Positions 38,264-48,740 of a DNA stretch of 64,000 nucleotides are shown here, one piece after another. The first letter of the stretch is position 1; every line of letters begins with the position of its first letter. Below the pieces are notes generated by a model. That model ran no database searches, had not been told where the DNA came from, and saw only the letters and a list, made by a program, of their open reading frames with translations. The position numbers and the translations under genes are program-made. The DNA comes from Candidatus Auribacterota bacterium (GTDB taxonomy: Bacteria > Auribacterota > JAFGBW01 > JAFGJP01), in assembly GCA_023144635.1 (NCBI GenBank), contig JAGLFH010000010.1, positions 161 through 64,160 of the forward strand, read 5' to 3'.

Positions 38264-39475
38264 ATGAAACTATTAAAAAACAAAAAAGCTTTTACTTTAA
38301 TAGAAATAATGGTTTCTATGGCTTTAAGTGCAATTATATCGACCACGATCATATATGTATTAAAAGCAGGTATGGACTCATGGGAATACGGGCACGGACA
38401 AGCAGTATGCCAATTTTCTTCTGAAATGGCTGTAGATAGAATAGTTGAGGGTGATTATTTTTTTGATGGCTTAAGGGAATCTCTGGAGATCACAAAAGCC
38501 GGCGCATCTGAGATACATTTTATTCCATGGTATGTACAGAAGCTTGAAAGGGTGACACCAGGAATAAAGTACGAGCTAGAGGTTCCATTATTGCAAGGTG
38601 CTTCAGTTCCTGTAGGTGAAGTCTATAATGAAAAGACACGTGAATTTGAATTTAAGCAAATAAATTATTTTATTGAATCCAAAGGCGGAGAAAAAAAAGA
38701 GTTTATCAGATTTGACATAGTAAAGACATACCCTAAAGCACGTATTATTTATTACCCTGATGTTGCTAAAAAAAGTAATACCATAATGCAGATCTATTTT
38801 AATCCAAAAAAAGAAGGTGTTTACAGAAAATATTTGGGTGTAGAAAAACCGCTTTTTAGGGGAGCACAGAATATTATAGGTTTTAAGCTCAGGTATTTTG
38901 ATAACTCAAATAATAACTTAGATATGAGTAAGATAGATTTTAGCAAAACATTGACAACACCTGTAACTGCAGTAGAAGTCGAAGTGACAACCGAATCTGG
39001 GAGTGAAACGTACACGCTAAGATCATTTGTAAACATCCGAAAAAAAGGTATAGCAGGTACTGGAATTTATCTCACTGAAAATGCTGAAGTATTAATACCA
39101 AAATCAGATGAAGTAAAAATATTGACCATAACTAATTTTGGAGGAATTACCGAGAGATCAACTGCAGAAATATTAATTGAATCGAAAGATCCTATTACAC
39201 AGACCTATCTTGTTAAACTTTTTTTTGATAATATAAACGGAATGGAATTTTTGACTTCATATGAAATACATTATCCAAGAGGAGAAGTCGTGCTTACAAA
39301 GGAAGTAAATCGTCCTGCCTATCACGGGATGAACCTTTTGAGTGTAGATTCTACAGGACATTATGATTATGATGATGACGACAATGTTGAAGATTTTGTT
39401 ATTTTTAACGGAAAAGATGTAGTTTTAAAAGTTGTAAAAATGGATATTGGAGGTATGAATCTTTTTGTAAGATGA
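38264..39475 (+). CDS. Large minor pilin (PilW-like, prepilin-type N-terminus)
   Basis: KAFTLIEIMVSMALSAII, 403 aa. Confidence 0.7.
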   Translation: MKLLKNKKAFTLIEIMVSMALSAIISTTIIYVLKAGMDSWEYGHGQAVCQFSSEMAVDRIVEGDYFFDGLRESLEITKAGASEIHFIPWYVQKLERVTPGIKYELEVPLLQGASVPVGEVYNEKTREFEFKQINYFIESKGGEKKEFIRFDIVKTYPKARIIYYPDVAKKSNTIMQIYFNPKKEGVYRKYLGVEKPLFRGAQNIIGFKLRYFDNSNNNLDMSKIDFSKTLTTPVTAVEVEVTTESGSETYTLRSFVNIRKKGIAGTGIYLTENAEVLIPKSDEVKILTITNFGGITERSTAEILIESKDPITQTYLVKLFFDNINGMEFLTSYEIHYPRGEVVLTKEVNRPAYHGMNLLSVDSTGHYDYDDDDNVEDFVIFNGKDVVLKVVKMDIGGMNLFVR

Positions 39476-40743
39476 ATTTTATAATAAACATATCTCACCT
39501 TTCGGGAGAGGTTAGAATTCCCGCTTCAAAGTCTCATACAATAAGAGGACTTATTTGTGGTACTTTAGCAAAGGGTAAAAGTGTTTTGAAAAATCCTCTT
39601 TTATCTGAAGATACTATAGCCTGCCTGAATGCATGTAAAAAATTTGGTGCTGGCATAAAGGTGAAAAATAATAATATTTTTATTACGGGTACAGGCGGGG
39701 GGGTAACATCTCCTGATGACATAATAGATGTAATGAATTCAGGGACCACACTGTATTTTTTAATGGGACTTGCAAGCATAATTGATGGCTGGACTTTTTT
39801 TACTGGTGATAAACAGATAACAAATCGTCCTGCCGGAGAGATGATGAAAGCTCTTCACGGCCTAAAAGCAAAAGCCTTTTCATCAAGGGGAAATGAAAAA
39901 GCTCCTCTTGCTATTCGTGGAAAAGCTCATGGTGGAAAAATAAGTATACATGCAAAAAGTTCACAATATCTCTCTTCTATCCTATTAAGTGCTCCTCTTT
40001 ACCCCAAGAAGACTAATATAAAAGTTTTATTGCTGAACGAAAGGCCATATGTAGATATGACTATAGAATGGCTTAAATTGTGTGGAATAAAAGTACGTGA
40101 ACTTGAAAATGACAATTTTGAGATATTTCCAAATCAAAAGTATAATAATTTTCAAAGAACCATACCTGCTGATTTTTCATCTGCTGCTTTTTTTATAGCA
40201 GCATCTGCTCTTTTTGCAAAAGACGAAGTTACAATAAAAGGACTTGATATTAATGATGTTCAGGGAGATAAGGCAATTATAGATATTTTAAGAAGAATGA
40301 ATGCTGTTATAAAATTTAAAAATAAGAAGTTAATAATAAGAAAAAGCACACTAACAGGAATAAATATCGATATAAGTGATACGCCTGACCTTCTTCCTAT
40401 TCTTTCTGTTCTCGCTTGTTTTGCAAGCGGCAAGACCGTTATTTATAACGGAGAACATGTAAGAGAGAAAGAAACAGATAGAATTTCCGTTATGACAAAA
40501 GAATTAAAAAAAATGGGTGCAAAAATTAAAGAAACAAAAGATGGTATGATCATAACAGGTACAAGCTTAAAAGGAGCGCATCTTAACGGACACGTTGATC
40601 ATAGAGTAATAATGTCTCTTGCTATTGCAGCTTTGGGTTGTAAAGATGCTTCCACGATCAAAGGCTCTGATGCTGTTTCCGTAACCTTTCCTAATTTCTT
40701 TGAACTAATTAGGTCGATAGGTGCAAAGATTAGAAAGGCATAA
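39472..40743 (+). CDS. aroA: 3-phosphoshikimate 1-carboxyvinyltransferase (EPSP synthase)
   Basis: IPASKSHTIR, NSGTT, ETDRI motifs, 423 aa. Confidence 0.9.
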   Translation: MNFIINISHLSGEVRIPASKSHTIRGLICGTLAKGKSVLKNPLLSEDTIACLNACKKFGAGIKVKNNNIFITGTGGGVTSPDDIIDVMNSGTTLYFLMGLASIIDGWTFFTGDKQITNRPAGEMMKALHGLKAKAFSSRGNEKAPLAIRGKAHGGKISIHAKSSQYLSSILLSAPLYPKKTNIKVLLLNERPYVDMTIEWLKLCGIKVRELENDNFEIFPNQKYNNFQRTIPADFSSAAFFIAASALFAKDEVTIKGLDINDVQGDKAIIDILRRMNAVIKFKNKKLIIRKSTLTGINIDISDTPDLLPILSVLACFASGKTVIYNGEHVREKETDRISVMTKELKKMGAKIKETKDGMIITGTSLKGAHLNGHVDHRVIMSLAIAALGCKDASTIKGSDAVSVTFPNFFELIRSIGAKIRKA

Positions 40744-41064
40744 TTTCCAAATAACAATTAACTAAGAAGTGCCTAAAATGCGCTAAAGTACTTAAAGTGT
40801 CTAAAGTTAAGGTGTGCCTGTGGCACGATATAGTAAAAGAACAAACACTAAATACAAAACTCAAAACCTAGAACCTTATTTTCTGATTCTTTCCATCTGC
40901 GTCTCATTTCTCTTTTCTCTTCTGTTGCCAAAATTGTGGAAAACTAAACGAATGCGGGTAAGAGATACGATTAATCTGGATATTTTCTTTTGTTTCAGCT
41001 ATTGTGATTTTTGAATTTATGTCTTTTATTTGTCATTTGGAATTTGTTTATTGGGATTTTAATT

Positions 41065-41697
41065 ATGATATATCTTGCTTCAAAATCACCCAGAAGAAAA
41101 AGTATTTTTGAACTTTTGGGGTGTCAGTTTGAGATAACAAAACCTAATGGAGTTAAAGAAGATAAGTTTACTCAAAAGCCTTTAGAAGAAACAGTTATAT
41201 CAAATGCATCAAAAAAAGCTTTAAGTTGCGCAGAAGCTGTTTCCGAAGGAATTATCATTGGTGCTGATACGGAAGTCTTTCTTGAAGGCAGGATATTCGG
41301 AAAACCTGATGATGAGGAAGAAGCATTTGAGATGCTTTCTTTATTAAAAGGGAAAACTCATACTGTAATGACCGGTGTAGCTGTAATAGACAAAGGTTAT
41401 ACAGATGAAACCTTATTATTTTATGATGTATCAAATGTGACGTTTCATCCTTTTAAAGATAAGGAGATATTAGCTTATATTCAAAACAATAATTGTCTTG
41501 ATAAGGCAGGTGCTTATGCTGTTCAAAATGCAGGCTCTACAATAATTTCTGATATTTCAGGATCAATTTGGAATGTCATAGGATTCCCTTTGGAAAAATT
41601 CAAAGAAAAGATTAAAGAAAAGAGATATTCGGATCTTTTTTCCTTTCCGGAAAAGTTTAAAGAAAAAGAATTCTGTCTAAATTACTTAACTACTTGA
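41065..41697 (+). CDS. maf: Maf-like nucleoside triphosphate pyrophosphatase
   Basis: IYLASKSPRRKSIFELLG and GADTEV, KAGAYAVQ motifs. The ATG at 41065 is preferred to the TTG at 41011. Confidence 0.85.
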   Translation: MIYLASKSPRRKSIFELLGCQFEITKPNGVKEDKFTQKPLEETVISNASKKALSCAEAVSEGIIIGADTEVFLEGRIFGKPDDEEEAFEMLSLLKGKTHTVMTGVAVIDKGYTDETLLFYDVSNVTFHPFKDKEILAYIQNNNCLDKAGAYAVQNAGSTIISDISGSIWNVIGFPLEKFKEKIKEKRYSDLFSFPEKFKEKEFCLNYLTT

Positions 41698-41788
41698 TAA
41701 TACTATATTTAATCAAATAGACCCAAAATCATTGAATTAAATAGTAAACACACAATTAAGCTTGCTGGAAAATCTTACAAAATAAAAC

Positions 41789-41817
41789 TTGACTATTTCT
41801 TTATAGAAATTTAAAAT
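41789..41817 (+). promoter_or_regulatory. Sigma70-type promoter upstream of rplU
   Basis: TTGACT (41789-94), 17-nt spacer, TAAAAT (41812-17). Confidence 0.55.
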
Positions 41818-41891
41818 TCAATGCTTAATTTATATATATCTTTAGAAAAAAATAAAATATTAGATAAAGACTAAAAATAAGAGGTGTAAAA

Positions 41892-42203
41892 ATGTACGCA
41901 GTTATTGAAACAGGTGGTAAGCAGTTAAAGGTCACCGAAGGTGAAGAAATAGAAGTAGAACGTCTTGAAGCTACGGAAGATGGAAAAGTTGTGTTTGAAA
42001 ATGTTTTACTGATAGCTGATGGAGAGAATTTAAGTATCGGAAAGCCTTATATTGAAAATGCTAAGGTTCAAGCAGTTATGCTTGGTGAGGTAAAAGGTAA
42101 AAAAGTCATAGCCTTTAAAATGAAAAGACGTAAGAGTACTAAAGTAAAGAAAGGCCACAGGCAAAAATATTCAAAATTAAGAGTTGAAAGAATAATAAAA
42201 TAG
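41892..42203 (+). CDS. rplU: 50S ribosomal protein L21
   Basis: [14 protein letters not shown] start, 103 aa. Confidence 0.95.
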   Translation: MYAVIETGGKQLKVTEGEEIEVERLEATEDGKVVFENVLLIADGENLSIGKPYIENAKVQAVMLGEVKGKKVIAFKMKRRKSTKVKKGHRQKYSKLRVERIIK

Positions 42204-42213
42204 GGGAAAAGTT

Positions 42214-42459
42214 ATGGCTCATAAAAAAGGCTTAGGAAGTTCAAAGAACGGTCGCGAGAGCGCTAGCCAACGATTAGGTGTCAAATTATATGGCGGTCAG
42301 GTAATTAAAGCCGGTGCAATAATAGTCAGACAAAGAGGTGCTAAGTTTAAACCTGGCAAGAATGTTGGGATTGGCAGCGATGATACTATTTTTGCTAAAA
42401 AAGAAGGTACTGTAAACTTCAAAAAAACCTCAAAAGGGTGCCTTGTAAGTGTTGTTTAA
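42214..42459 (+). CDS. rpmA: 50S ribosomal protein L27
   Basis: [24 protein letters not shown] start, 81 aa. Confidence 0.95.
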   Translation: MAHKKGLGSSKNGRESASQRLGVKLYGGQVIKAGAIIVRQRGAKFKPGKNVGIGSDDTIFAKKEGTVNFKKTSKGCLVSVV

Positions 42460-42497
42460 ACCTCAATTCCTGCAAAAATACTCTTTTATCACAAAAG

Positions 42498-43532
42498 ATG
42501 TTTATAGATAGCACAAAAGTCAAAATGAAAGCAGGAAATGGTGGAAAAGGCTGTGTCTCTTTCAGAAGAGAAAAGTTCATTCCTCATGGTGGTCCTGACG
42601 GCGGAAAAGGCGGGGATGGCGGAAACATTTATCTCGTCGGAAATAAAGACAAATCTTCCCTTATCGATTTCAGATTTTCTCCAGAAATAAAAGCAAAGAA
42701 TGGTCGCCCTGGACAGGGAAAACTTAAAGCAGGGAAAAGCGGTAAGGATATATACCTTCATGTTCCTCTAGGAACCATTGTATCAATAATAATTGATAAT
42801 GAAGAGAACACTTTTTTTTGTGATATAACAAAAGATAAAGAAAAGGTTCTGGTTGCCCATGGTGGAAAAGGCGGAAGAGGTAACTCAACATTTAAAAGCT
42901 CAATAAATCAGGCTCCAAGACAATTTGGAGAAGGGGAAGAGACTAATGATCTTTTTCTTAAGCTTGAACTTAAATTAATAGCTGATGTGGGGCTTGTGGG
43001 TCTTCCTAATGCAGGAAAATCTTCATTAATATCAAAAGTATCACATGCACGCCCTAAAATAGGAAGTTACCCATTTACCACATTGAATCCGGTTCTAGGA
43101 GAAGTTGCTTTGCCGGGATACCGAACAATGGTTATTGCAGATATTCCTGGAATCATTGAGGGTGCCCATGATAATAAAGGACTGGGGCACGAGTTCTTAA
43201 AACATATTGAAAGGACTCGGGTACTTGTCTATGTTATAGATTTTTCAAACTTTTCAGATGAATCGCCTAAAAAGGCTTTTATGACAATAAAAAAGGAGCT
43301 GTTCCTGTTTTCAGAGACATTGAGCAATAAACCTTTTATTATTGCTGCAAACAAAATGGATATATATGGTAATGATCCTGATTTTAATAAGGTGCTTGAG
43401 AATTTTGATTTTCCATATAAAAATAATGATGAGATTGAAGGGATATCAGCGGTTACTGGATATGGTGTTGATAATCTACTTGAAAAAATATGGAAGATAT
43501 TGAAAAATTATAAAGATGAATACAATGAATGA
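42498..43532 (+). CDS. obg: GTPase Obg/CgtA
   Basis: MFIDSTKVKMKAGNGGKGCVSFRREKF Obg fold, G1 GLPNAGKSS, G3 DIPG. The ATG at 42498 is preferred to the track start at 42438. Confidence 0.92.
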   Translation: MFIDSTKVKMKAGNGGKGCVSFRREKFIPHGGPDGGKGGDGGNIYLVGNKDKSSLIDFRFSPEIKAKNGRPGQGKLKAGKSGKDIYLHVPLGTIVSIIIDNEENTFFCDITKDKEKVLVAHGGKGGRGNSTFKSSINQAPRQFGEGEETNDLFLKLELKLIADVGLVGLPNAGKSSLISKVSHARPKIGSYPFTTLNPVLGEVALPGYRTMVIADIPGIIEGAHDNKGLGHEFLKHIERTRVLVYVIDFSNFSDESPKKAFMTIKKELFLFSETLSNKPFIIAANKMDIYGNDPDFNKVLENFDFPYKNNDEIEGISAVTGYGVDNLLEKIWKILKNYKDEYNE

Positions 43533-43565
43533 TCATACTTATATTTTATCTTAGGAGAAGGTAAT

Positions 43566-44690
43566 ATGATCAATGCAATTAGAAATAAAATATCAAAAGC
43601 AAAAAGAATAGTCATCAAAGTAGGAACAAATGTTCTTGCCGATGAAAATGGCATTATCTCCTCATACCGCATCAATAATCTCGTAAAGCAAATAAGCTAT
43701 ATAAAAGAAAATCTAAAAAAAGAAATTGTTCTTGTAAGTTCTGGTGCTATTGGGGCAGGGATGGGAGAAATTGGAATATCAAATCGCCCGAAAACACTTC
43801 CCTCTCTTCAGGCACTTGCAAGCATCGGCCAATGCAAACTTATAAAAACATATCATGATCTTTTCAAAAAGAAAGGAATAACGATAGGACAGGTTCTTCT
43901 GACTCTCGATGACATTCAGGACAGGAAAAGACATTTAAATACATCCAATACTTTGATGAACCTGCTGAGGCGCGGAGTAATTCCTGTTGTTAATGAAAAT
44001 GACACTGTAGCGGTAGATGAAATAAAATTTGGAGATAATGATATTATGGCTGCAATGGTATCTATCTTTATACGTGCTGACCTTTTGATAATCCTTACAA
44101 ATGTAGATGGTTTTTTTGACATGGATAATAAGATGATAATGGAACATGTCTGTAATATAGATGATGATATAAAAAAACATATACGCATTGATAAGACTCC
44201 TCTTGGGGTTGGCGGTATGGAGTCAAAGCTTATCGCTGTAAAGAAAATACTTGCTGTAGGTGAAATAGCAGTAATAGCAAACGGTAAAAAGAAAGACTCG
44301 CTTTTAAAAATATTTAAAGGAGAAAAAGAAGGAACTGTTTTTTATGCTGACTCTGATAAAATGAGTGGAAAAAAACGTTGGATAGCTTTTTTTCCTGTTG
44401 TTGCTGGTAAGATATTCATAGATAGCGGGGCAGAAACTGCTTTGGCATCCAAAAATTCATCTCTTCTTCCTGCAGGTATAACGGGTATATCCGGAAACTT
44501 CAAGGAAGGAAGTATTGTCTCCATTTTTGCAACGGATAAAAAGGAAATAGGACGAGGACTTGTAAATTACAGCTCTTGCGAAATAGACCGCATAAAAGGA
44601 TGTCAGACATCCAGTATAAAAACTATTCTTGGCCGCTCTGATTATTCGGAGGTCATACACAGAGATAATCTTGTTGTCTTTAAACAATAA
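43566..44690 (+). CDS. proB: Glutamate 5-kinase (with PUA domain)
   Basis: IVIKVGTNVL, VSSGAIGAG, FGDND motifs. 374 aa. Confidence 0.9.
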   Translation: MINAIRNKISKAKRIVIKVGTNVLADENGIISSYRINNLVKQISYIKENLKKEIVLVSSGAIGAGMGEIGISNRPKTLPSLQALASIGQCKLIKTYHDLFKKKGITIGQVLLTLDDIQDRKRHLNTSNTLMNLLRRGVIPVVNENDTVAVDEIKFGDNDIMAAMVSIFIRADLLIILTNVDGFFDMDNKMIMEHVCNIDDDIKKHIRIDKTPLGVGGMESKLIAVKKILAVGEIAVIANGKKKDSLLKIFKGEKEGTVFYADSDKMSGKKRWIAFFPVVAGKIFIDSGAETALASKNSSLLPAGITGISGNFKEGSIVSIFATDKKEIGRGLVNYSSCEIDRIKGCQTSSIKTILGRSDYSEVIHRDNLVVFKQ

Positions 44691-44700
44691 GCAAGGAGAA

Positions 44701-45978
44701 ATGATGGATAATATCAATATAGATATTCAGGATTCGTTAACAAAAATGTGTGTATTAGCACGCAAAGCTGTATCTTCCTTGGCAAATTTATCTAATGACA
44801 AGAAAAATGATCTATTAATGAGAGTTGCTGGATCAATAGAAAAAAACAGGCAAAATATTCGTGAGGCAAATAATAAAGATATTGAATGCGCTGAAAAGTT
44901 AGGCAAGAACAAAGCTTTTATTGATCGTTTGACTCTTAATGATAAAAGAATAGATGGAATGATCAAAGGGCTAAAAGAAGTTGTGAATCTTAGCGATCCT
45001 GTTGGACGAACACTAAAGGATTGGGAAAGACCAAATGGTTTGATGATAAGTAAGGTAAGTGTTCCAATAGGTGTTGTAGGTATCATTTTTGAGTCACGGC
45101 CTAATGTTACTTGCGAAGCTGCATCCCTTTGCTTTAAATCCGGTAATGTTGTAATTCTAAAGGGTGGAAAAGAATCTTTTGAAAGCAATCTTGCAATAGA
45201 AAGATGTTTTGAAGAGGCATTGACATCCGTAGGATTACCGATAAATTGTGTTAAGCTCGTTCCATTCAGAGAAAGGGAAGCAACTTCTCTTTTACTTAAA
45301 ATGGATCAGTTTATTGATCTTATAATTCCTCGCGGCGGAGAAAGTTTGATCCGTTTTGTATCGATGAACTCTTCTATCCCTGTTATAAAACATTATAAAG
45401 GTGTGTGTCATATTTATGTAGATGCTTCAGCTGATTTTGATGTTGCAAAAAAAATAATATTAAATGCAAAAATCCAAAGGCCTGCAGTATGCAATGCTGT
45501 TGAAACGCTTCTTGTACACAAGGATGTTGCACGAAAATTCATGCCTAAAATAGTAAAGTCTTTGAGAAACGAAGATGTCACTATAAGAGGCTGTATGAAA
45601 ACACTTGATATGGTTGATGAAGAAATCTCTCTTGCAACTGATGATGATTGGTATACTGAGTATCTTGATCTTATAATATCTATAAAAGTAGTAGATTCTA
45701 TAGATGATGCTATTGCTCATATAACAAAATATGGTTCTAAACATTCTGATGCAATTGTAAGTGATGATATTGCATCTTTGGATAAATTTCAGAAAGAAGT
45801 AGATTCTTCTGCTGTTTTTGTAAATTGCTCTACCCGCTTTAATGATGGAGGCGAATTTGGCTTTGGCGCTGAAATTGGAATAAGCACTGATAAGATACAT
45901 GCCAGAGGACCAATGGGGCTTGAAGAACTGAATATCTATAAATATATTGTTAAAGGTTCCGGGCAAATAAGAGAATAA
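44701..45978 (+). CDS. proA: Gamma-glutamyl phosphate reductase
   Basis: Aldehyde-dehydrogenase-type core with VCNAVETLLVH. The ATG at 44701 follows an AAGGAGA RBS. Confidence 0.9.
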   Translation: MMDNINIDIQDSLTKMCVLARKAVSSLANLSNDKKNDLLMRVAGSIEKNRQNIREANNKDIECAEKLGKNKAFIDRLTLNDKRIDGMIKGLKEVVNLSDPVGRTLKDWERPNGLMISKVSVPIGVVGIIFESRPNVTCEAASLCFKSGNVVILKGGKESFESNLAIERCFEEALTSVGLPINCVKLVPFREREATSLLLKMDQFIDLIIPRGGESLIRFVSMNSSIPVIKHYKGVCHIYVDASADFDVAKKIILNAKIQRPAVCNAVETLLVHKDVARKFMPKIVKSLRNEDVTIRGCMKTLDMVDEEISLATDDDWYTEYLDLIISIKVVDSIDDAIAHITKYGSKHSDAIVSDDIASLDKFQKEVDSSAVFVNCSTRFNDGGEFGFGAEIGISTDKIHARGPMGLEELNIYKYIVKGSGQIRE

Positions 45979-45990
45979 ATTAAAAATTTA

Positions 45991-46045
45991 GCCACAGAGA
46001 AAACAGAATTGGACGCAGATTTGCGCAGATAAAAAAAGATCAGAG
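45991..46045. repeat. Dispersed intergenic repeat module (GCCACAGAG ... AATTGGACGCAGATTTGCGCAGATAAAAA)
   Basis: The same module recurs at 62648-62720. Related CCACGG/CACAGA words occur at 46860-46990, 48600-48640, 60140-60245 and 62820-62860. Confidence 0.7.
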
Positions 46046-46212
46046 AAAAGAAGTAATCACGAAATCACGAAAAGAAAAAAAGAAAGCACGAAAGGGTTTG
46101 TTACTAAAAACTAACAGCAAAAAGCTAATAGCTAATAGCTAATATAATTCAACAACTAACCATTTAACGAGTTAACTAGATAACAAACAACTGCCAAACG
46201 GGTTAATAAATC

Positions 46213-46818
46213 ATGGAAAGAATAGGACTTTTTGGTGGGACTTTTAATCCTGTACATATTGGACATATTGCTTGTGCTAAAAGTCTTGTAGAAAAAAATA
46301 TCGTAGACCGAATAATTTTTATCCCTTCTAAAATACCTCCGTTAAAAAAAATAGAAAATACAATTTTAGCTGAAACGCGTCTTCAAATGGTTGAAGCAGC
46401 TATTTCTCAATATCCTAATTTTAGTATTTCTGATGTTGAGTTAAAAAGGGAAGGAGTATCTTACACAATTGATACAGTAAGATCGTTCATAGAATATTTT
46501 GATAGTGATAAAGTAAAATTATATTTAATAATAGGTATAGACTGGGTACAAAAATTTCACAGCTGGAAAGATTATGAAAAGCTATCGGATTTAATAGATT
46601 TTATTGTAATGCGAAGAAACGGATCATTAGGGAATATTAACAATCCTTATCTTGATGTTAATATCCGTAGAAAGCTTGAAAAAGGACTTGTTGATGTACC
46701 TGCTATACCAGTAAGCTCTACAGAAATAAAAAAGAGAATAGATGATGTTGATTTTGTGAAAAAAAGCCTTCCTGAAGAAGTATATCAATTTATAATTGAA
46801 CGAAGATTGTATTTGTAG
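46213..46818 (+). CDS. nadD: Nicotinate-nucleotide adenylyltransferase
   Basis: GLFGGTFNPVHIGH motif, 201 aa. Follows proBA, as in many bacteria. Confidence 0.9.
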   Translation: MERIGLFGGTFNPVHIGHIACAKSLVEKNIVDRIIFIPSKIPPLKKIENTILAETRLQMVEAAISQYPNFSISDVELKREGVSYTIDTVRSFIEYFDSDKVKLYLIIGIDWVQKFHSWKDYEKLSDLIDFIVMRRNGSLGNINNPYLDVNIRRKLEKGLVDVPAIPVSSTEIKKRIDDVDFVKKSLPEEVYQFIIERRLYL

Positions 46819-47009
46819 ACTCCAGACTCCAGGTATAAAAAAAAACATATAAAGTAAATTAACCACGGAAAAACACGGATTGGCACAGATAAAAAAGACA
46901 GATAAAATAAACTTTGCCACAGAGGACATCCTCCTACGGCGGACTTATCAGCACGTACACAGAGAAAAGAGAATCATGAAAATAAAATAAAAGCACGAAA
47001 GGTTAAATT

Positions 47010-47735
47010 ATGAAAAAAATATCTTTCACATTCATTTTATTCTTTTGTATGGTAAATTTAAGTTTAGCTACAACACTTAATTTTCCTCACAATATTAAAT
47101 CAGAAATATATGATCCGGCAACCGTAGTTATTAAGGGAGAGATGAAAGCAGACGAACTCCTATTTCGTCGTGATCATTTCAAAGATAAACCTATAAAAGA
47201 AATTCAATCATTGGCCAATAAATTATTTATGGCACATAATGTCTCAGAAAATATTCCACACATGTTTTATATTGCAACAGTAGAAGTAAAGGAGATATTA
47301 AAAAATGAGTCTCCTGCTGCTTTAAAAGTTGGTGATAAAATTTTTGCAGTTTTTGTTATCTATAATGGAAGATTTGACCTTATGCCTCGGGAAGACACTG
47401 AGTTTTGGCTGTTTTTAGATGCCTCAAAAGAATCAACTGTCAAACATTTAACAAAATGTTTTAAATACATCAAAAGGGGTACAGTAGAAGAAAGCTCTAT
47501 CGGGGTTCCTCCTGAAACATTATATTTTAATGGGGTCGGTACATTTCCTTTAATGGATTATATAGAAGATTCTTATTTTACAAAAGCATTACTTGCCATT
47601 TCACAGGTTTATCAGATAGAAGATATTGAAGAACAATCAGATAAGTGGAAAGAGTTTCAATCAAAGCATAAAGATAATTCTTTTCTACAGAATGAATGGG
47701 AAGAACCAAATATGGCAGAGTATTTTTATAATTAA
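47010..47735 (+). CDS. Secreted hypothetical protein, tandem paralog 1
   Basis: Signal peptide FILFFCMVNLSLA. Shares ETLYFNG, QVYQIEDIEEQ and KHKDN.FLQNEWEEPNMAE with the next ORF. Confidence 0.65.
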   Translation: MKKISFTFILFFCMVNLSLATTLNFPHNIKSEIYDPATVVIKGEMKADELLFRRDHFKDKPIKEIQSLANKLFMAHNVSENIPHMFYIATVEVKEILKNESPAALKVGDKIFAVFVIYNGRFDLMPREDTEFWLFLDASKESTVKHLTKCFKYIKRGTVEESSIGVPPETLYFNGVGTFPLMDYIEDSYFTKALLAISQVYQIEDIEEQSDKWKEFQSKHKDNSFLQNEWEEPNMAEYFYN

Positions 47736-47777
47736 CTATTTAAAAATATACCAAACTCTTCCAAAACTTTATTAAAG

Positions 47778-48509
47778 GTGAAAATCGTGAAAAAACTAAC
47801 TTTATTGCTTTTTTTAATTTTTATTAAACTAAATTTGTGTTTTGCCTCAATGGTTAGTCTCCCTAATGATATTAAACACATTATATATGATACCACTCCT
47901 ATAATTATAAGAGGAGAAGTGATAGAAATAAGCCGCTTATCCCGTCGAGATAGATTTGATGAAGAACCTACAAAAAAGATTCAACAAGTTATTAACAAGT
48001 TATACAAAGAACAAGGATTTTCGGAATCTACTCCTCATATGTTTCTTATTACAAAAGTAAAAATAAAAGAGATTTTAAAAAATGCATCCTCCGTTTCTTT
48101 AAACATAGGAGATGAAATATATACAACTTTCATAGTTTATAAAAGTGTATTAGAGCCTCTTCCGCGAAAAGATACAGACTTTTGGTTGTTTTTAAATACT
48201 TCGGATACCTCTACTATAAAACAGGTAACTGAATGTTTTATGAGACTTAAAAGTTATTCAGTAACAGATAGCCCCATAGAAGCTCCTCCAGAGACATTAT
48301 ATTTTAATGGTTCAGGAATCTTTTCTTTTTGGGATTTCATTGAAGATTCACCACTCACTGAAGCTCTACGAATTATTTATCAAGTATATCAAATTGAAGA
48401 TATCGAAGAACAAATCTTAGAATGGCAAAAGGCACAAGCAAAACATAAAGATAATCCTTTCTTACAGAATGAATGGGAAGAACCAAATATGGCAGAGGAT
48501 TTTTATTAA
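47778..48509 (+). CDS. Secreted hypothetical protein, tandem paralog 2
   Basis: Signal peptide LLLFLIFIKLNLCFA. Collinear with 47010-47735, and the last ~60 nt are nearly identical at the DNA level. Confidence 0.65.
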   Translation: MKIVKKLTLLLFLIFIKLNLCFASMVSLPNDIKHIIYDTTPIIIRGEVIEISRLSRRDRFDEEPTKKIQQVINKLYKEQGFSESTPHMFLITKVKIKEILKNASSVSLNIGDEIYTTFIVYKSVLEPLPRKDTDFWLFLNTSDTSTIKQVTECFMRLKSYSVTDSPIEAPPETLYFNGSGIFSFWDFIEDSPLTEALRIIYQVYQIEDIEEQILEWQKAQAKHKDNPFLQNEWEEPNMAEDFY

Positions 48510-48740
48510 AATTAAAGTTATTACACCTCTTAATAAGAAACCAAAGATGCAGACCTTAGAGTTGTAAACTAACTTTATTTCCTGCCTTCATAGCAGAAAC
48601 CATCCTCCTCATGTCTCTGTGAACTCTGTGGCAAATAGGCTTTTTTTATATTTGATATGTATTCCTTTTCTCTTTACACGGGCGCAGCACGCGGCGCCCC
48701 TACATACGTTTTACTTTTAATTAATATTTTTATCCCATTT

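Noticed and set aside
42438-42497. N-terminal extensions proposed by the ORF track for obg (42438), proA (44629), maf (41011), pilX-like (37288), pilMN (32357), pilQ (34984), the first TPR gene (20190) and the UDG gene (61105)
   Set aside because: The extensions overlap upstream genes or lack an RBS. Internal ATG/GTG starts give canonical family N-termini (for example MFIDSTKVK for Obg) and are preceded by GGAG-like RBS motifs.
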